From Armatimonadota bacterium (GTDB lineage Bacteria; Armatimonadota; SYMT01), in contig JAWLHY010000011.1 of the NCBI GenBank assembly GCA_041690135.1, forward strand, positions 32,001 through 96,000: a DNA stretch of 64,000 bases, in the 5' to 3' direction. The translations under genes were made by a program, and so were the position numbers. The notes beneath the pieces were generated by a model. It was given only the letters and a program-made list of their open reading frames with translations. It was not told the DNA's origin and made no database searches. Of this stretch, positions 39,520-48,143 are shown piece by piece (position 1 is the stretch's first letter; every line of letters starts with the position of its first letter).

Positions 39520-41472
39520 CTACTCGGTGGGAAGGCGGATGGTACCTTCCACGGGCAGATGATCGGATAGCGTCACGTTCGGAACGCGCGCCGTCACCGG
39601 CTGGAGATCCGGGCTGGCCCAGAGGAGATCCAGACGCCGGACCGGGCGGTTAGCGCGGAAGGTGGGCTCCGTACCCTCGCCGGTGGCTGCGGCTACATCG
39701 ACCAGACCCGAGGCCTGGAGTGCCGCGTAAGGCTCCGTGCCGGGGGGCGCGTTGAAGTCTCCGACAATCAGCGTGCGCGGCCGGCCGTTCCGAAAGTGCG
39801 CCAGGGCTTGTGCCTGCGCCGTGCCGTCGCGCTCCCAGTGCCCCGCCAGGTGCGTGCCGATGAACAGCAGGTCTCCGCGCGTGGTGGTAACCCTCGCCCA
39901 GACGAAGCCCCGCCCGGAGGCGCCGTTCCGGGCGGGGAAGCGCTGGTAGCCCCAATCCTCTACGGGAAGACGGGTGAGCAGCAGGTTGCCGCCCAGATCG
40001 TCGCGGGCCGGCCCGTAGAGCACGCGGTACTCCGGCAGGCGGCGGTCCAGGTACGCGACCATGTCGATGCCGCCCTGGGCGAGGTCGCCCCGGCTGATCT
40101 CCTGAAGGGCGACGAGGTCCGGACGGCGCGCCTCCAGGAAGCCGGCGATCGCCGGAAGCGACGGGCGTCCCCGCACGTCGTAGCCGTACTGGAGATTATA
40201 GGAGAGGACGCTCAGCTCCGTGCGGTCCGGCGCCGCCTGCGTCTCCCGTACCGGGGGAATATGCCACCCGAGCGCGAGCCCGGCCGTCGCGGTGAGGGCC
40301 GTCCCCTTGAACGCCATTCTCCCGGGCACAGGCGGCAGGGCTTCCTGGGGCCGGCGCAGTGCCGGCAAAGCCAGAAGGAAGGCTGCGGCCACCCACGCTT
40401 CGGGCCGGCTGAAGTATGGGGGAGCGTAATAGAAGGCGGTTAACAGGATAAAGAAGAAGGCTCCCCAGGCCCAGCCCCGGTAAACGGAAGCGGCGGAACC
40501 ACGTCGATCATGAAATGCCTGCGCCAGACCCACAGTGGCTCCCACCTGCAGCAGAGCCAGGGCGAGCGCGCGGGGAAACTCCGGCAGGAGCAGGAGCAGG
40601 GCCGCGACCGGCGCCGTGGCGGCGAGGAAACCCGGTATGACGGGGAGCAAGCCGAGCGTGGCCAGGAGTCCGGCCAGGATAAAGGCCGCCGCAGGAAGGA
40701 AGGTCCACCCTTCTAACTGCGCTACTCGCCCTGGGTTCGATAGCAGGGTCAACTGGAGGAATAAATAGGGTCCCAGTAGCACCGGGCCCCAGAACGGGCC
40801 ACTGTTCCGCTCCGGGGCCACTGCGTCCGCGGGCTCACCCCAGCTCCCCGCGGCTAATGTTCCGAGGAACAGCCCGAGGAGGACAACCGTTCCCAGCAGG
40901 GCCGGCAGCGAGGCCAATGCGGGAAGGTCCAGCCCGTGCAGAAAGGTCCGCAGGCCCACGTCTGCCGCGATTCCCAGCAGGAGCCCCGGTACAGCGAGCC
41001 GGAGTTCCCCCAAACGGGACATCTCCGCCAGCCAGGCCGGCAGCCATGCGAACCATGCGGCGGCCGCGGCGATCGCGAGCCAGGCGCTCCCCTGGGGATC
41101 CGGCCACATGCGGCTGCCGATCCAGAAAATGCCGAAGAGAGCCGCCAGCCCCTGCTCCGGTCGCCGGGATCCCGTCCGACGGGCGAGGGGACCGGCCATC
41201 ACTCCGGCCCCGATCACGGTCAATACGGCCAGGAGCAGGAACGGGGTGGAGAAGTAGATCCGGATGTTCCAGACCACGAAGCCAAAGAACATCCGGATCG
41301 CTTGCAGGCCCAGCCACAGGCCCAGGGCGGTTGCCAGGAGCGCGCTATTTCTCCGCGAGACAGTACAGGTACTGGCGTCCCCGGAGGAAGAGCTCGTTTC
41401 CGGCGATGGCGGGCGACGCGTCGAACCCGTCGTCCAGCTTGTTCGTGGCGAGCGTCTCGAGCTTGTCGCCAT
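39520..41472 (-). CDS. Polytopic membrane protein with C-terminal endonuclease/exonuclease/phosphatase domain
   Basis: More than 10 TM segments, then LSYNL, DLVALQEI, VGDFNAPP, RLDLLW, LSDHLPV; true start unclear. Confidence 0.85.
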   Translation of the reverse strand: MATSSRRSPRTSWTTGSTRRPPSPETSSSSGDASTCTVSRRNSALLATALGLWLGLQAIRMFFGFVVWNIRIYFSTPFLLLAVLTVIGAGVMAGPLARRTGSRRPEQGLAALFGIFWIGSRMWPDPQGSAWLAIAAAAAWFAWLPAWLAEMSRLGELRLAVPGLLLGIAADVGLRTFLHGLDLPALASLPALLGTVVLLGLFLGTLAAGSWGEPADAVAPERNSGPFWGPVLLGPYLFLQLTLLSNPGRVAQLEGWTFLPAAAFILAGLLATLGLLPVIPGFLAATAPVAALLLLLPEFPRALALALLQVGATVGLAQAFHDRRGSAASVYRGWAWGAFFFILLTAFYYAPPYFSRPEAWVAAAFLLALPALRRPQEALPPVPGRMAFKGTALTATAGLALGWHIPPVRETQAAPDRTELSVLSYNLQYGYDVRGRPSLPAIAGFLEARRPDLVALQEISRGDLAQGGIDMVAYLDRRLPEYRVLYGPARDDLGGNLLLTRLPVEDWGYQRFPARNGASGRGFVWARVTTTRGDLLFIGTHLAGHWERDGTAQAQALAHFRNGRPRTLIVGDFNAPPGTEPYAALQASGLVDVAAATGEGTEPTFRANRPVRRLDLLWASPDLQPVTARVPNVTLSDHLPVEGTIRLPTE

Positions 41473-42736
41473 CTTTGATCACCACGGCGGCGCCGTTCCG
41501 GCCGATCAGGTAAACGCGCCCGCCGGCGGCCACGGGCGAGGCATACACCCCCTGCAGCGCCGGGATCCGCTCGGCGTCGATCAGCGGCTTTCCGGCTTTC
41601 GCGTCCCAGCAGGAGAGTATGCCGCTATTGCTGCCGAAAAAGTACAGCCGGTTTCCGGAAAGCAGCGGGGAGGGCACGTAGGGCGTGGTCCGGTTGTGGC
41701 TCCAGGCTACCGCGTCCGTCCCGGTAAGGTCGCCCTCGCGTCCCAACCGCACCGCGATCAGCGCGTTGCCACGGAACCCGCTGGTGAGGTAGACCATCCC
41801 GTCCGCCGATACGGGGCTGGGGATGGCGTTCTGCGTCAGTCCGGCGTGTTCCCAAACCAGCTTGCCGGTTTGCAGGTCGTAGGTGCGGACTCGCTCCGTA
41901 CCGGGGGTGATGACCTGCGCCTTGCCGTTGTGTTCCACGATCAGCGGCGTGGCCCACGTGGTCGGCTCCTGCCGCGGCTGCCGCCACAGCTCCTTGCCGG
42001 TGGTGGCGTCCAGTGCCACGATGAAGTCCTCGCCTTCGTGGTCCCAGGTCACCACGAGCGTGTTGCCGTGCAGCGCGGGGGAACTGCCCTCGCCGAAGCC
42101 GGCGCGCGTCTGCATCTTGCCGAGCTGCTTCGACCACTTCAGGTTGCCGCGCATATCGTAGCAGTAGAGGCCGCGGGAGCCGAAGAAGGCGTAGACGTAC
42201 TTGCCGTCCGTGACGGAGGAGAACGACGCGAAGCCGTGGTCCTGGTGGTGCCCCTCGTGCGGGAGTTCTTCCTTCGCCACTTTCTCCCACAGCGTCTTGC
42301 CGGTCTGCCGGTCCAGGCACAGCAGCACGAACCGGTAGGGCTGCGTCGGCTTGATGGAGCGGGGCCGTCCCCCCTCCGCGCCCGCGTCCGGGGCCGGGGG
42401 CGGAGGTGTGCCCACCGGCACCGCCGTCTGGATGAAGACCTGGTTGCCCCAGATGACCGGGGTGCCCGCGCCGTGGCCGGGCAGTTTCAGCTTCCACTTC
42501 ACGTTGCTGGATTCGCTCCAGGAAACGGGCGGATTGGCGTGGGGCGCCACGCCGGTGGCGAGGGGCCCGCGCCACTGCGGCCAGTCCTTGCCAGCCGCGG
42601 GAGCGGCAATCGCTTCGGATGCGGTCCAGGCGGTCAGCTCGGGCAGCGCCGCCAGCACTCCCAGGGAGGTCAGGCCTCCCAGGACGCGCCGCCGGGAAAG
42701 CGGGGAGACAGGGCTCTTCGGGTTCGGATCGGTCAT
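41345..42736 (-). CDS. PQQ-like beta-propeller repeat protein (Tat signal)
   Basis: [16 protein letters not shown], repeated [11 protein letters not shown] motifs, [14 protein letters not shown]. Confidence 0.92.
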   Translation of the reverse strand: MTDPNPKSPVSPLSRRRVLGGLTSLGVLAALPELTAWTASEAIAAPAAGKDWPQWRGPLATGVAPHANPPVSWSESSNVKWKLKLPGHGAGTPVIWGNQVFIQTAVPVGTPPPPAPDAGAEGGRPRSIKPTQPYRFVLLCLDRQTGKTLWEKVAKEELPHEGHHQDHGFASFSSVTDGKYVYAFFGSRGLYCYDMRGNLKWSKQLGKMQTRAGFGEGSSPALHGNTLVVTWDHEGEDFIVALDATTGKELWRQPRQEPTTWATPLIVEHNGKAQVITPGTERVRTYDLQTGKLVWEHAGLTQNAIPSPVSADGMVYLTSGFRGNALIAVRLGREGDLTGTDAVAWSHNRTTPYVPSPLLSGNRLYFFGSNSGILSCWDAKAGKPLIDAERIPALQGVYASPVAAGGRVYLIGRNGAAVVIKDGDKLETLATNKLDDGFDASPAIAGNELFLRGRQYLYCLAEK

Positions 42737-42969
42737 GGGGGATTGCCTTTCGTCGGGTCGCAGCTCGGGATCGGAACTCCATGGGCTTAGACGTCGCTGG
42801 GCAATATATTGTCATCCGGAGCGGAGCCAAGCCAGAGCGGGTACCCTTAACGTATTCTAATCCTGCCTGCGTCTGGATTAAGGTAGACTGGGACACGAAA
42901 GGGGCGAGCCCCAAGGCCCCAAGCACCGCCGGCGATTCGCAGGCTCCCCGGCCGCGACAGGAGTCTCCC

Positions 42970-43815
42970 ATGAAGCTGTCTGGTTCCCCTCGGTCTCGCG
43001 GGTTCACCCTGATCGAGCTGCTCGTGGTGATAGCCATTATTGCTATTCTTGCGTCGATACTCTTCCCGGTTTTTGCCCAGGCCCGCGAGAAGGCCCGGCA
43101 GACGAGTTGCACGAGCAACCTCAAGCAGATCGGCATGGCCGTATTGATGTACAGCCAGGATGCGGACGAGATGCTGCCGCTAGGCGCATATAACCCTCCG
43201 GGTCAACCGGTGCAGATGTGGTACGACCTGGTGGAGCCTTATGCCCGGGCCGGCGCGCGGGCCGTGAACCAGAACGGGGTGAATGCGCAGCGGGCCGCCG
43301 CGCCGTTCTGGATCTGCCCCAGCGTGGAGAACCGCAGCGTGCCGCTGGTGGGGGGCGAAACGGCGCCCGGGCCGTTCCCGGCGAACAACTTCTCACCCGC
43401 CTTCAGCTACATGGCCAACGCCAACGTCATGCCGTTCTGGCACCGGGGCTTCGCCAGCTTCGGCCATTTCCCCGGCCGGCCAACTGCCCTGGCCGCCCTG
43501 GGCGCCCCCGCGCAGGTGGTGCTGGCCTGTGAGGGGTTGGGCTATATCAACGGCACCGGCGGGGACGACTGGACCACCGGCTGCGACCAGCGGGAGAGCG
43601 GCTACGCGCCGGTGACCGGGCCCACTAACGGCATGGCGGCCATCTACTGCGGCGCTCGTTACCGCCACAGCGGCGGGGCCAACTACCTCCTGGCGGACGG
43701 GCACGTGAAGTGGTTCCGCGGTCCCGGCAACTCCTGGCGCACGCGAGCCACCTCGGGCGTCGCCTGGTCGAAGGTGCTGGCCCCAACGGCCGTGGCCTGG
43801 TTCAAGGAGAACTGA
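42970..43815 (+). CDS. DUF1559 prepilin-type / H-X9-DG protein
   Basis: [34 protein letters not shown]; [17 protein letters not shown]. Confidence 0.93.
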   Translation: MKLSGSPRSRGFTLIELLVVIAIIAILASILFPVFAQAREKARQTSCTSNLKQIGMAVLMYSQDADEMLPLGAYNPPGQPVQMWYDLVEPYARAGARAVNQNGVNAQRAAAPFWICPSVENRSVPLVGGETAPGPFPANNFSPAFSYMANANVMPFWHRGFASFGHFPGRPTALAALGAPAQVVLACEGLGYINGTGGDDWTTGCDQRESGYAPVTGPTNGMAAIYCGARYRHSGGANYLLADGHVKWFRGPGNSWRTRATSGVAWSKVLAPTAVAWFKEN

Positions 43816-43818
43816 GCG

Positions 43819-44778
43819 ATGCACGCCTTGACCGCACTCACGCTTGCGGGGCTGTTGGTCGCGCCGGGAGCGGCTCCGGCGGGTAGCGCCACCGTGGTCT
43901 CCACCGGCCAGAAGGTGACCCTCCCGCAGCACCGCGTGCCCGAACAGCCGACGGTCTTCGTCTTCCTCCGTCCTTCCAGCAGCCTGGAACGGAGCTTCCT
44001 GGAGGGCCTCCGCAAGGAAGCCGGCCCGAAGGTGGGCCTCCGGGAAGTGCACCTGAAGAGCGGGGAAGAGCCGATCGCCCGGCAATACGAGATCGGCTCG
44101 ACCCCCGCGGCCCTGGTCTACGACCGCCGGGGTCGGTTCGTGGGGAGATCCGCGGAGGCGGACGAGATCGCGGCGATGGTTCGGAAGGCTGCCGGAGTGA
44201 TGCGGATCGACTGGGCCGAACCCGGCGACCCTCGCCTCGCGGAGATGGAGAAGATCCTGGGGCGGCCCGTCAACTCCGGGATCATGCGGACGATGAGCCT
44301 GCGCCCCGACTGGCTGCGGCAGATCCACGAACTCCACAGCCTGGCGCACCGCCCCGATACGGCGCTGGACCGCCGCACCAAGGAGATGATCGCCACCTAC
44401 GTCTCCGCGCTCAACAAGTGCAAATTTTGAGTGAGCGCGCATGCGCATAACCTGCAGTTGCAGGGACAAAACCAGAAGGATGTGGATGAGATCGGCCAGG
44501 GGCGGTCCGAAAAGGCGGCCCTGACCGAACGCGAGCAGGCCCTGCTCGACTACGTGAAAGTGCTCACCCTGGAGCCGGCCAAGGTCCGGGACGCACTGGT
44601 GGAGCGGATGCGACGGACGGGCTGGACGGACGAGCAGATCTTCGAGGCCAGCTTCATCACGGCGCTCTTCGCCTTTTACAACCGGATGGCGGATGCCTAC
44701 GGGCTGGACTACAACCCCCGGCGCTGGGTGCCGCCCGCCCTCCGCGGCCCCTCGGGTTCCAAGCCAGGCCGTCCATAG
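43819..44778 (+). CDS. Predicted selenoprotein (319 aa, Sec204): signal peptide + thioredoxin-like domain + AhpD/CMD-family peroxidase-related domain (CxxU)
   Basis: ORFs 43819-44430 and 44431-44778 are in the same frame, separated only by TGA 44428-30; read-through gives EMIATYVSALNKCKF-U-VSAH, matching the AhpD-like NxCxxCxxxH motif; the downstream half is the CMD C-terminus. Confidence 0.88.
44431..44466 (+). promoter_or_regulatory. Putative bacterial SECIS element
   Basis: CCTGC-AGTT-GCAGG hairpin (44451-44464), loop 25 nt after the UGA with G at loop position 2. Confidence 0.65.
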
Positions 44779-44792
44779 GGATGGCCTGGCTT
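44761..44792 (+). terminator. Strong hairpin over the stop codon (terminator or RNA stabiliser)
   Basis: AAGCCAGGCCGTCC-ATAG-GGATGGCCTGGCTT; weak U tract. Confidence 0.5.
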
Positions 44793-44883
44793 GGGTCACG
44801 GGCTGGGTTCACCCGCCCTGACGTAATCGCTGTCGCAAAGATTTCTCACAATACGGTGGCCCTCGCCGCGATAAGATACCGGG

Positions 44884-45663
44884 ATGTGGTCTGATTCCCT
44901 CCTGGTCTTCTTCGCGGCGATGGCCGCCGGTGCGGTCAACTCCGTGGCGGGCGGCGGCACGCTGCTTACCTTCCCCGCTCTCCTGGCGACCGGGCAGCTC
45001 GCCCTCGTCGCTAACGCCACCAGCACCGTGGCCCTCTGCCCCGGTTCCGCCAGCAGTTGGTGGGGCTACCGCCACGAGATCGGCGGGAACCGGCACGCCG
45101 TACTGCCGATGCTGGTCCTCGGCGTGGCGGGCGGCATCACCGGATCAGCGCTGCTGCTCGTTACTCCAGCCCCGCTGTTCGACCGGATCGTGCCGTACCT
45201 GATCCTGGCGGCCACGCTCCTCTTCATTGCGCAGGAGCCGCTCTCCCGCTGGCTGCGCTCGCGCAGCGGAGAGGCGGCGAAGGACGACGAGGAGCACGTC
45301 CACCTCCGGCTCACCCCACCCATGCTGGTCGCGGTTTTCGGGACCGCCGTCTATGGCGGCTACTTCGGAGCGGGGATCGGCATCATCACCCTGGCGGTGC
45401 TCGGCCTGATGGGGTTGCGCAATATCCATCAGATGAATGCGCTGAAGAATGTCTACGCCCTGGCGACCAACGCGGTGGCCGCGGCGATCTTCATCAGCCG
45501 GGGCCTCGTGGACTGGAAGGTCGCGCTGCTCATGGCGTGCGGCGCGCTGTTCGGGGGCTACGCGGGCGCGGGTATTGCACGGAAGATCGGGCAGAAGAAC
45601 GTCCGCCGCATCGTCATCGGCATCGGGCTCCTTCTCACCGCCTCCATGCTGGTGCGCGGCTGA
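44884..45663 (+). CDS. TauE/SafE (TSUP, DUF81) family permease
   Basis: AGAVNSVAGGGTLLTFPAL, ANATST, YGGYFGAGIG, MNALKN. Confidence 0.93.
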   Translation: MWSDSLLVFFAAMAAGAVNSVAGGGTLLTFPALLATGQLALVANATSTVALCPGSASSWWGYRHEIGGNRHAVLPMLVLGVAGGITGSALLLVTPAPLFDRIVPYLILAATLLFIAQEPLSRWLRSRSGEAAKDDEEHVHLRLTPPMLVAVFGTAVYGGYFGAGIGIITLAVLGLMGLRNIHQMNALKNVYALATNAVAAAIFISRGLVDWKVALLMACGALFGGYAGAGIARKIGQKNVRRIVIGIGLLLTASMLVRG

Positions 45664-45681
45664 TTCGGTAACAACTGCTCC

Positions 45682-46899
45682 TCATGGGGTGGGGTAAAGC
45701 GCCCGGAGCGCGAAGCGGTACGTCAGCCACACGGACCGGACAAACTCCCGGGGGTCTTGCCCTTTTTCCAGGGGAAGGCTATGGCCCAGGGCGGGGGGAA
45801 GGAGCAACTCCCCACGGGCGTCCGGCGGAAGCGCATCCCAGAGTCGCAGCGCCTCGCTGGGGGGAACGAACCGGTCGTCCCGGGCATGGAAGACGAAGGT
45901 GCGGGCCTCTATCTCATGTAGTTTGCCGACCGGGCTGAGCGCGTCCACCTGGGAGCGCAGGCGGGGCGAGAGTTCCGCGTAGAGCCGCGCGAACCGCTCC
46001 GGGTCCTGGTTCAAATAGAGCGCCGCCAGCTTCCGGCCTTCCGGCGACAGTCCTTCCGGAACCCTCTCCGCCCGTTCCTCCACGACCTTCCGCAGCAGGG
46101 GGCGGTCCTCGGGCGCCGCCCACGCCACCAGCGTGCGGCCCAGCATGCTCCGGATGTACGGGCTCGGTTCGCGCTGTCCGGTTACGAGCCCGTACCCGTA
46201 GGTGCCGGTCGTCGCGTAGCGGAAGACCTGGGAAAGATCCGCGTACCCGCCCAGGATCACGTATCGCGAAGGTCGCAACTTGGGAGGAAGCTCCGTGGCC
46301 GCCAGCAGGAGGGGACCGCTGCCGTAGCTGAGCCCCCCACCGATGCTCCGCGCCGGGTCCAGCTCCGGCAATGTCATGAACTGCCGAAGGCTGGTGCGGG
46401 CGTCCGCAATATCCTCAACGGACAGGTGGGAGATCTGCTCGCCCGCGGGAAAGGGGACCATCGTCACGTAACCCAACCGGGCAAAGGACCGGGCGGCGCG
46501 GATCACGCCCGGGTTCCGGAGACCTTGCCGGGAAGCGGGGGTCAGCAGCAGGATCCCCGGGCGACGCTCCCCGGTTCCGCCAATCCCGCCCGGCACATAG
46601 ACGTCCGCCACCATGCGTCGCCCGCTCTCCGAGGGGTAGTCGATCCGCCGCACCTCCGGGGGCGGCGCGGTGAGTGCCTGGGGATTGGGCCAGCCTTCCG
46701 GCCGGGCCAGGGCGAGCATGAACAGGAAGACCCGGCCGGAAAACGTCGTCAGCCAGAGGAGCGTCAGCAGCAGCCCGCCCGCCGCGACCAGCGCCAGGCG
46801 TTTCCCCCACCGCCTCCACCCGCGCGACCGCCACGCATCCGCCGGAATGGGTTGACGGCCGGGATTCTGCATTTCACCAGGAGAACGAATAATTGCCAC
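45682..46899 (-). CDS. Membrane-anchored alpha/beta hydrolase
   Basis: GLSYGSG nucleophile elbow, FHARDDRFVP, GHS; N-terminal TM. Confidence 0.8.
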   Translation of the reverse strand: MAIIRSPGEMQNPGRQPIPADAWRSRGWRRWGKRLALVAAGGLLLTLLWLTTFSGRVFLFMLALARPEGWPNPQALTAPPPEVRRIDYPSESGRRMVADVYVPGGIGGTGERRPGILLLTPASRQGLRNPGVIRAARSFARLGYVTMVPFPAGEQISHLSVEDIADARTSLRQFMTLPELDPARSIGGGLSYGSGPLLLAATELPPKLRPSRYVILGGYADLSQVFRYATTGTYGYGLVTGQREPSPYIRSMLGRTLVAWAAPEDRPLLRKVVEERAERVPEGLSPEGRKLAALYLNQDPERFARLYAELSPRLRSQVDALSPVGKLHEIEARTFVFHARDDRFVPPSEALRLWDALPPDARGELLLPPALGHSLPLEKGQDPREFVRSVWLTYRFALRALYPTP

Positions 46900-47012
46900 G
46901 GGTGCCCAGGGCCACTTTACCCGTGGGAGCGCAGATTGAGCCCGTCAGGATGCGGAGGACTTCGATGCGCTCGCACCGCTCAGACGGGCTGCCGGCGAAG
47001 CCACCCCTTCCC

Positions 47013-47414
47013 TTAACAGGGACCTCCTTCAAAATGACAACTAGTTACCCAGGCTGCCCAATTGCCGATACGGACGACATGCACCTTCAGCGCCCCGTAC
47101 CAACGCCGGCGCTCGAGACTGCTGAACCCCTGGGGCGGCTCGTAAGGGCCGGCGCAACTGATAGGGATGGCGGGGCGGCCCATCGAGAAGTAGGTGCCCG
47201 GCTTGAGTTGGAATCGCGGGACCGAAACGGCCGTTAGCAGTCCGGCCAGCCCCAGGGTCGCGATCACAAGGTACCGTGCCCAGCGCCCGGTGAGCGGCAG
47301 GAAAGCCGTGAGGCAATGAAGAACCCGTGGCAACTCCCGCCGCCGCCCAATCGAGATGGCGGCGGCAACCAGCACGAGGGAGAACAGGAGATCCAGGGGG
47401 GAACGCGGTTCCAT
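47013..47414 (-). CDS. Hypothetical membrane protein
   Basis: RBS GAGGT + ATG, two hydrophobic helices. Confidence 0.6.
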   Translation of the reverse strand: MEPRSPLDLLFSLVLVAAAISIGRRRELPRVLHCLTAFLPLTGRWARYLVIATLGLAGLLTAVSVPRFQLKPGTYFSMGRPAIPISCAGPYEPPQGFSSLERRRWYGALKVHVVRIGNWAAWVTSCHFEGGPC

Positions 47415-47646
47415 GACAGTACCTCATGCGAAGAAGCGCTGTCGAAGGGCTACCCGGTTCCCCATCCCAAGAAGACAAGAGGTTCGACGAGATGATCAAC
47501 CTGCGTCCGTAGGATGAACTGGCGCTGGAAATCCTTTACGCAATCTTTATCTATGTATTGAAGGGAATCTTCACCCATGCACCAACACTATCAATGAATC
47601 TCACGCTGTCCTTGTAGGGTCCACAGCGACGGGTGGCCTGGGGAGC

Positions 47647-48120
47647 GTGATTTCTGGCAAACACCCGAGAGCCGTCGCTGCACTCGAGGTGAGCAAGCAG
47701 CTTCTGGGTCAAGAATCGAGGCGCAATTTGGCACCGGAGGTGTTGCTCGTTACTCTTACCGGCGACTGCGATAACCCCGCGGCGATCGCACTTCGCGCGC
47801 GCTTCCCTTTGTTGCTGGAGAGCCAGACACCGGGCGTGCTCCTACTGGATGTTTCCGGGGTCACGTTCATGGACGCTGCGGGAGCACGGGTCCTTCTCTG
47901 GATCGGGCACCTGGCGCTGTCCCGCGGACACGAATGGGGAATTATCACCGGCGGAAACCGCCTGGTTCGCCTGATCTTCGACCTGTTGCAATGGTCGGAA
48001 GGGCTCCCACTGTATCCGGATTGGAGCAGCGCCCATTCAGCATTGTGTCGTCATCCGGACCAGGCCCCCCCGCGACCAATGGATGGGCCCGAAACTGAGA
48101 GCGATGGGCTGCCGCTCTAG
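47647..48120 (+). CDS. STAS domain anti-sigma-factor antagonist
   Basis: VTLTGDCD, LLLDVSGVTFMDAAGARVL (Ala in place of the usual phosphorylatable Ser); start uncertain. Confidence 0.75.
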   Translation: MISGKHPRAVAALEVSKQLLGQESRRNLAPEVLLVTLTGDCDNPAAIALRARFPLLLESQTPGVLLLDVSGVTFMDAAGARVLLWIGHLALSRGHEWGIITGGNRLVRLIFDLLQWSEGLPLYPDWSSAHSALCRHPDQAPPRPMDGPETESDGLPL

Positions 48121-48143
48121 GAGCGTATGTGGTTGGGGGGCCT

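Noticed and set aside
44431-44778. Independent 115-aa gene starting at GTG
   Set aside because: No RBS and it starts mid-motif; better explained as the C-terminal part of the Sec read-through protein
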